DNA of 63,154 nucleotides, counting the filler, from Octopus bimaculoides (Eukaryota), in the NCBI RefSeq assembly GCF_001194135.2. It is 6 parts of 5 records of this genome, joined end to end, with 100 filler letters (N's around TTAATTAATTAA, not from the genome) between each part and the next. Parts side by side here need not be neighbours in the genome. Positions count along the whole stretch, not along the records: positions 51,433 to 55,424 come from NC_068999.1; positions 55,525 to 63,154 come from NW_026312169.1; 4 more parts are not named here. One strand, written 5' to 3'. Both the position numbers and the translations under genes were made by a program. Positions 51,434 to 63,154 of this stretch are shown piece by piece. Position 1 is the stretch's first letter; every line of letters starts with the position of its first letter. The notes under the pieces were generated by a model that had not been told where the DNA came from, did not search any database, and worked only from the letters and a program-made list of their open reading frames with translations.

Positions 51434-51470
<37 letters not shown>

Positions 51471-51562
51471 CTTTATGTATATATATATATGTATATATAC
51501 ACACACACTTACATGAAAGCATACATATATACATTTATTCAAGTATGTATGTATGCATGTAT

Positions 51563-51617
<55 letters not shown>

Positions 51618-51915
51618 TATATATATGAATTACATACATTCTAAACAACAAAATAATGGCACAAACCATCCCAAACTAAAACAAACTCATTCCAAAATAA
51701 ACATTGGTAAACTCACCAACGCCAAACGTAAACCCTTCACAGACACAAACATACATACGTACATACATACATAAATACATACATACATACATACAGACAG
51801 ACAGACATGCATGCATATGTACATGCATGCATTCATACATACCCACATGCATACATACACACGCATACGTAAATACATACATAGATACATACATGACGCT
51901 GTAATCTCGTTGCAA

Positions 51916-51941
51916 AACCCTAACCCTAACCCTAACCCTAA
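51916..51941. repeat. (CCCTAA)4 telomere-type repeat
   Basis: aaccctaaccctaaccctaaccctaa. Confidence 0.8.
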
Positions 51942-52639
51942 CACAACTAAAATACAGACACGCAGAGACATACACACACATTCGACTTTCGTTCACACAC
52001 ACGCGCGCAGACACATTGCAGACTCTTGCAGGCACACAGACATAGGCACACGCACACACACACAATGTAAACATTATTATATGCATTATAAAAACAAGAA
52101 AATAAAATATCGCACGTTCCAAAACAACAATAAAGCCCATTTTCAAACAAACTGAAACATTATATACACAGATGCAAAATTAAGTCATGCATCCATTTAA
52201 TTCTACGCATTAATACATGCACATACTCATATATACAAATATTGTAAACATAGACACACATAGAAAACAGTGTAATAACGCACAGGTGTACACAAAGAAA
52301 TTGACGTACGCACAAACGCACACACATACACACACGCAGACACACAAACACACACAGATACACATACACACACGCACACACCAACACACACACATATGGA
52401 TACATTCACACCGCTACAAAAGATTATAATCCCGCACAGGTGTACACTAAGAAATTAACGTAAGCACAAATACACAAACACATACACACACACACGTGCA
52501 CACAGGCGCACTCACACGCACTCACACGCACACGCATATCCTTACAGACTCACGCGTGTCTTACAGTACGCATATTTACATACACTCAACAGCTACTCTG
52601 GCACATTCCCTATACTTCCGCTCTGAAAGGTCGTCGCAT

Positions 52640-52800
52640 CCTGTATTTACTAGATTAGATTTTCCTCATTTCACACGTGTTTTGTTTCCTCTGCTTTTGT
52701 TTTCTCTTTTTCTCTCTTCACATTTCCATTTCTCTTCTTCTCGCTACTTCTCATTCTTTCTTTAATTCCGACGAAAGGCTTACATCCGAAACGTTAAAGG
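52640..52800 (+). mobile_element. Penelope-like terminal remnant with hammerhead-like motif (52768-52795)
   Basis: CCGACGA-AAGG-cttacat-CC-GAAAC-GTT after a pyrimidine-rich tract, as at 19060. Confidence 0.45.
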
Positions 52801-52860
52801 CGCTGCTGCATCTGTTTCACAGAGCTTTAAAATAATACAATGTATTATCTTGTTATCGTT

Positions 52861-52914
<54 letters not shown>

Positions 52915-53703
52915 TGTAGACATAAACTCACACAACTTTTTCATATTTTTTTTACTTCATTCATTGGGTCACAACCATGCCAGGGTACAGCTTTGCGTTA
53001 ATTTTTCTTCCAGTCGATTAACTGAATTCCAGCACCCATTTTATGTCTATGACATTATCATTCGTTCTACTTATGCTGAACTCGTATATTACCGGGCTGT
53101 ACATAAAAATACACCACTTGTGACAGACAAACACGCACATACACACTTGTATGATGCAACAAGTACATACTATTATATTTTACTAAAGATATTCTTTGAT
53201 CTTTCAACAATGAAACTGCTAACCACAATTATCATTTACTAAGGATTTCCTTAATTCTTCGTTCATGGAACTTCTGACCACTATCATCTTTCACCAAGGA
53301 CGTTCCTTAATTCTTCGATGAACTGATAACTACGAATGTACTTTATAAAGGATTCCCTTAGCTTCTTCTTCTCGAAGAGTTGGCCACTATATATTGTTGG
53401 CTTATGTGGAAATCTTCGCCCAAAGACAGGCACACCTTCGCATAAGTTGCATGTATTCTGTCGTGAACAGTAGCCGTATTACAATTTATAAGGGGTTAAT
53501 CCCTGTGAGTTCCCTGATAACTGACCAGGCCTGCATGACCCAAGCATTTCCTCCCACAAATCACACGTGTAAAAAAAAATTCCCTCATTTTCCACAGGTT
53601 CATTATCTCTAAGCCTTCTCTTGATTTTATCGTGCTTCATTCTCTCTCTTTCAAACTTCGAACAACCACTGTGCACTCTTTTTCTCCACCCATTTCAGTC
53701 TTG

Positions 53704-53765
<62 letters not shown>

Positions 53766-54344
53766 AATCAACAACTGAAACTCTGGTGATAAATATCAGT
53801 ATATCTTGAGATAAAATTTCTGATGCCTTAATAATTTGGACAACACTAAATCCCTCTTAACGATAGTCTTAAGAAGAACAAAATATCTAAATAACATTGT
53901 AAACTGATATATGTCATTAACTAGGATAAAATGCTGGACTACGATTGTCACAGATGGGAAAGATAAATACATATAAAACGAAATAAAACAAAACAAATCC
54001 TATTAGAGCAAAGCTATTTACTCTCACCAACATTTATCATCTGCAAACGCATTCCATTATTCCGAGCCATTCTTCCGATCCTGTTCTATATTCCAAAGCC
54101 ATGTTGTTCATCATCCGTTTGGCATCAAAATACGTGATGTCAATTTGTAGTCACCGTAGCTTGTAAGTCAATACTGAATCTTCATAAGAAATATGTAGTG
54201 TTTTTAATGTTTCGTTTCCCCTTGTTTAGAATGACAATGTAACATCCGACAAATGTGTATATATATACGTATGTGCGTGTATCCCTTTCTGTTTATAAGC
54301 CGTATGCCTTTCTCTCTCTCTCTCTCTCTCTAACTTCCAACCAT

Positions 54345-54419
<75 letters not shown>

Positions 54420-54833
54420 NNNNNNNNNNNNNNNNNNNNNNNNNNNNNNNNNNNNNNNNNNNNNNNNNNNNNNNNNNNNNNNNNNNNNNNNNNNNNNNNN
54501 NNNNNNNNNNNNNNNNNNNNNNNNNNNNNNNNNNNNNNNNNNNNNNNNNNNNNNNNNNNNNNNNNNNNNNNNNNNNNNNNNNNNNNNNNNNNNNNNNNNN
54601 NNNNNNNNNNNNNNNNNNNNNNNNNNNNNNNNNNNNNNNNNNNNNNNNNNNNNNNNNNNNNNNNNNNNNNNNNNNNNNNNNNNNNNNNNNNNNNNNNNNN
54701 NNNNNNNNNNNNNNNNNNNNNNNNNNNNNNNNNNNNNNNNNNNNNNNNNNNNNNNNNNNNNNNNNNNNNNNNNNNNNNNNNNNNNNNNNNNNNNNNNNNN
54801 NNNNNNNNNNNNNNNNNNNNNNNNNNNNNNNNN

Positions 54834-54873
<40 letters not shown>

Positions 54874-55524
54874 AATCCAAAAGTCATTTCGGTCTTCGGA
54901 ATTCAATATCCAACGACCATTTCATACCCGTACCCGAAACTCTTTCAAATGAAATCGCCGACTCAGTCAGCCACCCGAAGTCAAAATAAATATACACTAC
55001 TCAAAATTAAACGAAACAGATGAATCAGCCTATTGCTATTATGCTATTGCTGACTTAATGATAACTTATTGATTACACATAATTACTAGATTAAGTTTCC
55101 CCAACATGTAACGCGCTTGACTCTTCCTAACAGATCATTATGTTAAAGTTGCGACTAAAGGCATTTGGCTTTAATTATTATTTAAACTGGCATCGAGCTT
55201 AGCTTGTTAATTTCGTATTTACAGCCTGCCTACGTAGGACCGATTTCTTCTTCTTCTTCTTCTTCTTCTTCTTCTTCTTCTTCTTCTTCTTCTTCTTCTT
55301 CTTCTTCTTCTCACCTTCTTCTTCTTCTTCTTCTTCTTCTTCTTCTTCTTCTTCTTCTTTTTCTTCTTATTCTTCTTCTTCTTCTTCTTCTTCTTCTTCG
55401 TCTTCTTCTTCTTCTTCTTCTTCTNNNNNNNNNNNNNNNNNNNNNNNNNNNNNNNNNNNNNNNNNNNNTTAATTAATTAANNNNNNNNNNNNNNNNNNNN
55501 NNNNNNNNNNNNNNNNNNNNNNNN

Positions 55525-56470
55525 CAGCTTCAACAGAAGATGACCATGTTCCTAGTTCAATCTCATTTAGCTTAAAGGGAAACAAGTGATGGTGGCTAAC
55601 ACTGCGTATCTGTGGTCCAGTAAAACCTCCAGCTTCTAGCTTAACATCTGTCAATATCCCTTTGAATTCATTCTTTAAATATTGGAAATCAGTAACTTAT
55701 GGTCCGTAACCTTCACGAAATTTTTCATAAGGCCAATGTGAAGTAGTGGAATATGTACTTTCTGAGGTGTCAATAAGTGCTGGGTGCTTCACATTTTGTT
55801 TACCAACATCATGTTCAATTCTAGATGACTAATCATGTGTCGCTGAATTGTAAACCAAGAATTAATAAAAGAACTTTAAGATCGCCACAAATATTACATA
55901 TATATTTCGTCAATATGTTCGATGAATCCTAGCAGTAGTGCTATTGATTCATAAGTCTCATTAATGCCAGTGGCACTTGCCACAGATATTGAAGGTTTCT
56001 TCATTGTTGCTGTGCATTAAGATAGCTTTAAAGGTAGCTTTGCTAGAGTCAGTGAACATTCTCCAATCTTCTGGATCATAGCGAAAGACAATGTTTTCCA
56101 CCAGGCCAATCATATCGTGGAAGTAGAAATATTTTCCTCCTGTGAGTAAAACGATGAAAACTGCGGATGGTGTCGGCGTAAATGGGAAAGTTTGGTGTTT
56201 GGTTGGAGAAAATTCTATTTTTGAAGTTTGGAACCGAGCCATTCTGTGTTTTCTTTTGGTACTTCCAAATCGTTCACTAAGTCATTTAACGTCTAATTAG
56301 CAAATGTGGTGAACTAGTTGCAACTGGAACATACACGCCATCTTTGCCTATTTCTATATCAGCAGCAGAATCTTCAGATGAACTGCTGTCTTCCATAACT
56401 GCTCAACTGGACTGTCACGTAGCGACTGACAGTTGGGCCGTTACTATGCTCTTGACTCAGTGTTGCCATC
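55525..56470 (-). pseudogene. Chapaev3-like (CMC superfamily) DNA transposase remnant
   Basis: PHLLI..LNDLVNDLEVPKENTEWLGSKLQK; YDPEDWRMFTDSSKATFKAILMH; DVKLEAGGFTGPQIR; family name assigned from memory of these motifs. Confidence 0.7.
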
Positions 56471-56511
56471 TCCGGATAAATTTTATCAACCAAACTCGTT
56501 AGAACTTGTAT

Positions 56512-56675
56512 ATAGGTGGCGCAGGAGTGGCTGTGTGGTAAGTAGCTTGCTTAGCAACCACATGGTTCCTGGTTCAGTCCCACTGCGTGGCACCTTGGGC
56601 AAGTGTCTTCTACTATAGCATCGGGCCGACCAAAGCTTTGTGAATGAATGTGGTAGACGGAAACTGAAAGATGTC
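56512..56675 (+). mobile_element. SINE family A head
   Basis: ggcgcaggagtggctgtgtggtaagtagcttgctt...gaaactgaaaga then gap. Confidence 0.88.
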
Positions 56676-57676
56676 NNNNNNNNNNNNNNNNNNNNNNNNN
56701 NNNNNNNNNNNNNNNNNNNNNNNNNNNNNNNNNNNNNNNNNNNNNNNNNNNNNNNNNNNNNNNNNNNNNNNNNNNNNNNNNNNNNNNNNNNNNNNNNNNN
56801 NNNNNNNNNNNNNNNNNNNNNNNNNNNNNNNNNNNNNNNNNNNNNNNNNNNNNNNNNNNNNNNNNNNNNNNNNNNNNNNNNNNNNNNNNNNNNNNNNNNN
56901 NNNNNNNNNNNNNNNNNNNNNNNNNNNNNNNNNNNNNNNNNNNNNNNNNNNNNNNNNNNNNNNNNNNNNNNNNNNNNNNNNNNNNNNNNNNNNNNNNNNN
57001 NNNNNNNNNNNNNNNNNNNNNNNNNNNNNNNNNNNNNNNNNNNNNNNNNNNNNNNNNNNNNNNNNNNNNNNNNNNNNNNNNNNNNNNNNNNNNNNNNNNN
57101 NNNNNNNNNNNNNNNNNNNNNTGAAGAGGGTCATTTTCTTTAGATTTTGTTGGTGGACTAGTTTCTATACCAGCGGAGAAAATAACTCTATCTTAAAAGA
57201 AGAAGTGGCATAAAGCGTCCTACCATCTTTATGGTGTAAACCAGAGAAGGTTGCGAATTAGGCTTCAAATGCCAAAACATTGAACAATGGCTATTTGAAT
57301 ACAGTGAGCATGTTTATTAAAATAAAATTGAAAAAGATATATTGTATTGTTAATACGAGTAAAAGGTCATACTTCTAGAATTATCTGTAAACGATACCAG
57401 CCGATAAGTTGGTTAGTTGGGAACATTTTGCAGTCATGCATTACATCATTGAGAGAAAGAGGAGGTAGAGTAAGAGAGAGGGAGAGAAAGAGAGAGGGAG
57501 AGAGAGGGGGAGGGAGAAAGAGAGCGGGAGAGAGACGGAGAGAGAGAAAGAGAGTTAACATAAGAGGTGCGGGATGCGTATGCTTACAAAACTTATTTGC
57601 AGTAGCCGACAATGAGTGAAAGAATGCTACACGCGCACGCGCACACAGTCACACACACACACACACACACGCATAC

Positions 57677-57732
<56 letters not shown>

Positions 57733-58242
57733 TGAAAGAGAAAGCATCATAGGGACAGAAGAGAAAACGAGGAGAGCCTGTAAATGTGAGACAAGTTAAG
57801 GGTGGAGTAATATAAATGAGAAACTTGTTTTATTGAATTCTGTTTTAAAGTAATAAATTTCTTCTGAAAATTCAAATTAATTTCCTCATTGAGGAGAAGC
57901 ACTAAGAAATTTCATAAAAGTAAAATTATTATTATTATATGAATGGCATATCTTAATATATAAAGCTGAAGTTTTGTGTCTGTGTGAAGCCTTTTTAAAA
58001 GTTTATAGAAATCCACATTTTCCACTTTTTCGTAAAATTTTTTACATCAATGGAACTTTCTCGATGTGAACTGTCCAGTGCAGTAAATAGATTTTAAAAA
58101 TTCCGTTTACTTTATGTGATTTAAGGGAGATTTGGCTGTTGTTTCTAACAACTTTTATATTTCTTCCATTCTACCTGTATCGGTATTCTTACACATCGAT
58201 CACGCGCTCAACATATAATATAGAGAGTAAGAGTAAAAGCGG

Positions 58243-58273
<31 letters not shown>

Positions 58274-60156
58274 TGATACATACAAAGTCATAGATTTTCT
58301 TGGTTTAAGACTATTCTCTCCTTCTATCTACCTTTTCGCACTTATTTCGTTCATCTTCCTCTCTCCCATTTAAATAGCTTTCTTCTATCCCTCTACCTCT
58401 AACTATCCACGTGACCTGATCATCTGGGGCTTCTTCTTCGACCGTTGTCTGTCTGCATGTTCAGCGTCCTTGTCTCCTCTTAGTATTTTTTACCTATTTT
58501 TCATAAGATAGAAACGTAAAAACAGACACAACCACGCATACGTGATCTTTAACAACAACATACACATAAACACATACACACATCAACATAATAGATATAA
58601 GATTTACTTTGTGTGTGTTTCTCATATAAACACGCGCATGCATTGCTATTTTATAACTGTCTTCCGTTCTCCCTTCCTCTGTTTCTCTCTCTTCATTGCT
58701 CCCGTTCTCTATTCCTTTCACCCTCTCTCTCTCTTCCTTTCTCTCTCTTCTCTCTTCCTTTCTCTCTCTTCTCTCTTCCTTTCTCTCTCTTCTCTCTTCC
58801 TTTCTCTCTCTTCTCTCTCGCTCTCTCAAACGCATACACGTGCACGTACACACAAGCATTCACTACAATATAACTCATGTTCGTCAATGTTTTGTAAATA
58901 TACAAACAACGGAGCTTATGTAGACTGGACAACACATTGTAAATCAGTGAACTTCATTAGANNNNNNNNNNNNNNNNNNNNNNNNNNNNNNNNNNNNNNN
59001 NNNNNNNNNNNNNNNNNNNNNNNNNNNNNNNNNNNNNNNNNNNNNNNNNTTTTCCTTTTGGACAGATAAAATATGTACCAGTCGATCAGTGAGGTCGATA
59101 TAAACGACTTGCTGGCCACGTGCAAAAATTTGAAACTAATATTGTAACAATCATTCTTCCGCAGGTACCTTCTATCAATAGAACATGTCCCTCACTATCT
59201 GTAACATAACAATATCAGAATAATTCTTTATTACGCATCCTTTAGTTGAAACCCTGTCATAAACCTTGTATCTAACTTAATATTTAACTCTCAAATAAAT
59301 TATGTACTAAACTGTAAACTCGATATACAGCGAAGATAAACTGCATGTTAATACAATACATTCTGCTTTTGATGGGGGATTGCGTTGGAGGAAGGGATTG
59401 TAGCCGTAGGCTTCGCAGCTCCTCTCTTACCAGTGAAATCAATATGTTTAACATTCGTCTAGAACAGATGTAGGTCGATCGTTGCAAGAAAATAATGTGC
59501 ACTGTAAAAAGTATTGTAGTACAGCCTTCTAGGAATGACCAAACGAGGGTTGTAGTTAATGGGGAGTGTGGGATGGGGGATACAATATGGCTGACAAAAG
59601 GAGAGACGGGTGAGTCTGGATGGCGTCACTGAAGATGGAATGCAACTATCTAAGTTCAAGGAAAAGAAGTCACTGTCAAGATAATATGTTGCTTGGCAAC
59701 TTCGTGCCAATTAAATAAGATGGTATCCAATCAGAATTGGTTCAGGATGTGTATAGCAACAAAATCGTTTGCATTATAGCGTTCATCTTATCTTTCTTCG
59801 TCGACGGGTTTGAAGCATTCCTCGGTTCTGAATCGGAAGGACATTTGTCACGCAGTATTTGGTATAAGTTGTGCATTTAGTGGGAGAGTTCCTCAGTGAG
59901 AGCGGGACTCAGCGTTTCTCGCGATTTAGAGATGTTCTAGTATCATGTTTTTGGTGTGTTTAGAAGGGGTTGTGATGATATTTTTGAGATTTATTTAATG
60001 ATTGCGTCTTTGTACTGTGAAAAGTGACGAGATTGGCTTGACCACATTGGAAAATGCCTCCAATGTCCCTGTTTATATTGTCAGAGCATATTTTTGCAAG
60101 GTTGTTGTGTTGGTTGATTGGGAGCGGAAGATTAAAAATAAATAATAGTTTTATAG

Positions 60157-60455
60157 AGGATTAGTGGCAGGAAAAGGCGATGACGTCCTCAGGGAAACTT
60201 TAGGCGTCAGGATGAATCAATTAGCTGATTTTTTTTCCGGAGGACTTCGGGACTGGGGCCTATGGATAACTTCCAGAAATGTCTGGCTTTGCAGTGCTAC
60301 CGGGGAGCTCTGCTGGTTCAAGACAAGCTCTACAGACACGGAAGTGCTGTTAGACGGACGTGTCAGGGGTGTAAGCAGGGTGACGAAACCGTCTTCCATG
60401 CACTCGTTCAGTGTCCGGGTATTACTGTCTTATGGAGATTTTTCTGCAATATGAA
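60157..60455 (+). pseudogene. L1/Tx1-clade LINE C-terminal fragment with zf-RVT finger
   Basis: NFQKCLALQCYRGALLVQDKLYRHGSAVRRTCQGCKQGDETVFHALVQCP (CxxC..H...C). Confidence 0.78.
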
Positions 60456-60484
60456 ATTATCGAGCTCTGAATGTTTTAGCGGGG

Positions 60485-62280
60485 GGCGGGGCGGTTCTGG
60501 TGGTTATCTCCTTTGAATATGAATGCAGGATACCATCAAGTCAAGGTTGCTGAGAAAGATAAGGAAACGGCTGCATTTTCATATAGACGGGGCTTGTGGC
60601 AGTTCAAAGTCATGCCATTCGGATGGTGTAACTCTCCTGCAACATTCGAGCGCCTCATGGATTAGGTACCGGTGGGCCAACACCGAAAGACAACCTTCAT
60701 GTTTATGATGTCATCGTCTCAAACTGAGCCCGAAGAAGTGATATCTATTCCAGAAGGAAGTAAAATACCTGGTACATATGGGCGAAGACGGGCGAAGACG
60801 GAACTTGTACTAATTCAGAGAAGGTGGCAGCTGTGAAGGATTGGTCGGTACCTACTCGTGTGAAGGAGTTGAGGAGTTTCTTAGATCTGTGTACCTCATA
60901 CAGACACTTTGTAAAGGACATTGCGACAGTGGCTGCACCTTTGAACAAGCTGTTGGGAAAGAGCCAGAAGCTTGGATGGACTGCATTGGCCAAGAAAACG
61001 TTTGACGAATTCAAATATTCGCTAGTGAGTTCCCTGTGTAACTATACCGAGACCAGAGCAAAGCCATTCATCCTGGACTGTGACGCCAGTGATCACGGTA
61101 TTAGCGATTTATTGTCTCAAAAGAAGGACGACAAGGAATGGTGGCGTACTACAGAAAGAAGCTTGGTCCACCAAAGCGGAAATACTGTGATGAAGAGCAT
61201 TGACTTTTTCCATCCGTAACTGTATGGGTCTAACTTTACTCTCAGAACGGACAATGCAGCACCCAAGTGGTTGAAGACACTGAAGAATCTGGAGGGACAA
61301 ATGGCACGCTGGCTAGGGATGCTGGATCAGCACAACTATGATGTACAGTACCATACGGGGCTGGTACATGGCAACGCTGTTCGTTTGGGTCGTCACCTTG
61401 TGACCAGGATTGCAAGCATTGTAGTGGAGGAGAAGATCGTAGTAAGAATTGTAACCGAACTGCAGTGACTGGGCATGTGTCGACTGAAGAAGAACTAAAG
61501 AAGAGACATGGAAGATATAGACATAGGACCAGTGATAGAGTGGTTGCAGCAGAATGCAGTGAGACCATCTTGGGAAGAAGTGTCCAGGTCCAGCCCTAAA
61601 ACTAAGAACTGCTGGAATCAGTGGGTCCTTCTTCGCCTAAACAACGGACTACTCGAAAGGCGACGGGAAACGCTCGATGACCTTAACAAGTATTGGCAAT
61701 TGGTGACATCTGAGAGGGTGAGACCTGAGCTGTTCGAAGAAATTCATGATCTGATTACGAGTGGACATTTGGGGTTAAAGAAGACTGTGAATCGGCTGCG
61801 GCAGAGGTTTTATTGGACGGGCATGCGTCAAGACGTTGAAGAATGACGTTGAAGAATGACGTTGTTCCTGTGATATATGCTGCGCAAGAAGGGACTCAAG
61901 AAGCGGAGGTGTGCCCCTCTTCTGCTGTACCAAGTGGGTGCACCTATGGAAAGAGTAGATGTGGATATTGCTGGACTGTTGCCATTCGCTGAAAGAGGAA
62001 GTCGGTACATGTGTGTGGTCACGGAGTACTTTACAAAGTGGCCAGAAGCCTATGCCATCCCTGACTAAGAAGCCACGTTTGTTGCACAAGTGTTGGTGGA
62101 GCAGTTGTGCCTATTTGTGATATCTCATGAGCTACATTCCGACCAGGGTAGGGACTTCGAATTAGCTGTGTTTCAGGAGTGTTGTAAGTTGTTGGGGATT
62201 AAGAAGACGAGGACAATCCCATTGAGACCATAGTCGGATGGGATGGTGGAGAAGGACAAGAACTAGCCAAGAACTTTGTT
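60485..62280 (+). pseudogene. Ty3/Gypsy LTR retrotransposon pol remnant (RT, RNase H, integrase)
   Basis: GLWQFKVMPFG..PATFERLMD; PFILDCDASDHG; HDLITSGHLGLKKTVNRLRQRFYW; PMERVDVDIAG..FTKWPEAYAIPD; LHSDQGRDFE; RT-RH-IN order with many stops and frameshifts. Confidence 0.93.
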
Positions 62281-63154
62281 NNNNNNNNNNNNNNNNNNNN
62301 NNNNNNNNNNNNNNNNNNNNNNNNNNNNNNNNNNNNNNNNNNNNNNNNNNNNNNNNNNNNNNNNNNNNNNNNNNNNNNNNNNNNNNNNNNNNNNNNNNNN
62401 NNNNNNNNNNNNNNNNNNNNNNNNNNNNNNNNNNNNNNNNNNNNNNNNNNNNNNNNNNNNNNNNNNNNNNNNNNNNNNNNNNNNNNNNNNNNNNNNNNNN
62501 NNNNNNNNNNNNNNNNNNNNNNNNNNNNNNNNNNNNNNNNNNNNNNNNNNNNNNNNNNNNNNNNNNNNNNNNNNNNNNNNNNNNNNNNNNNNNNNNNNNN
62601 NNNNNNNNNNNNNNNNNNNNNNNNNNNNNNNNNNNNNNNNNNNNNNNNNNNNNNNNNNNNNNNNNNNNNNNNNNNNNNNNNNNNNNNNNNNNNNNNNNNN
62701 NNNNNNNNNNNNNNNNNNNNNNNNNNNNNNNNNNNNNNNNNNNNNNNNNNNNNNNNNNNNNNNNNNNNNNNNNNNNNNNNNNNNNNNNNNNNNNNNNNNN
62801 NNNNNNNNNNNNNNNNNNNNNNNNNNNNNNNNNNNNNNNNNNNNNNNNNNNNNNNNNNNNNNNNNNNNNNNNNNNNNNNNNNNNNNNNNNNNNNNNNNNN
62901 NNNNNNNNNNNNNNNNGTTGAGGGGAAGGACCCTATAATGTGTTGAATCAACTGTCCGACGTGACATAGCGGATTTGATTAGACAAGAGGTATCGTCCTA
63001 AGATTGTGCATGTAAAGGTTCTAGGAAAGTTTGCCGCAGGAAAATTCGCCTTAAGATTTTTGGCTGTAGGAAAGTTCGACTCATAGGAAATTTTGCCGCA
63101 AGACAAAAGATGAATTGTTTCAGCCAATAAAAAGGGGTAACGTAAATTCTTAAC

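Overview
AT-rich, gap-ridden and microsatellite-saturated eukaryotic DNA. It is most likely a coleoid cephalopod (Octopus-type) draft assembly, inferred from the tRNA-derived SINE families and repeat landscape. Five 100-bp artificial spacers (44 N + TTAATTAATTAA + 44 N) show that the window is six sequences joined in silico. Most assignable sequence is decayed transposable elements: several SINE families; Dong/R4-like, CR1-like, RTE, Tx1/L1-like and Penelope-like retroelement fragments; a Gypsy pol remnant; mariner, hAT-MITE and Chapaev3-like DNA transposons; and foldback palindromes. There is no rRNA, intact tRNA, CRISPR or prokaryotic feature. By hand I can build a phase-consistent minus-strand chain of about 10 coding exons (41617 to 7036, about 320 aa) with an N-terminal signal-peptide-like segment and a GPI-anchor-like C-terminus. 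I do not recognise the family, and the model is tentative. The most unusual signals are: (i) hammerhead-ribozyme-like motifs with variant cores at Penelope-like ends; (ii) retro-insertions with inverted duplications of their own ends; (iii) a SINE that recurs as head-to-tail concatemers with the same junction at two loci; (iv) a CR1-like ORF1 with a CCCH zinc finger; (v) a non-coding element of about 550 bp apparently tied to (TAA)n and Dong-like elements. Most long ORFs in the supplied track are N-gap or microsatellite artefacts.
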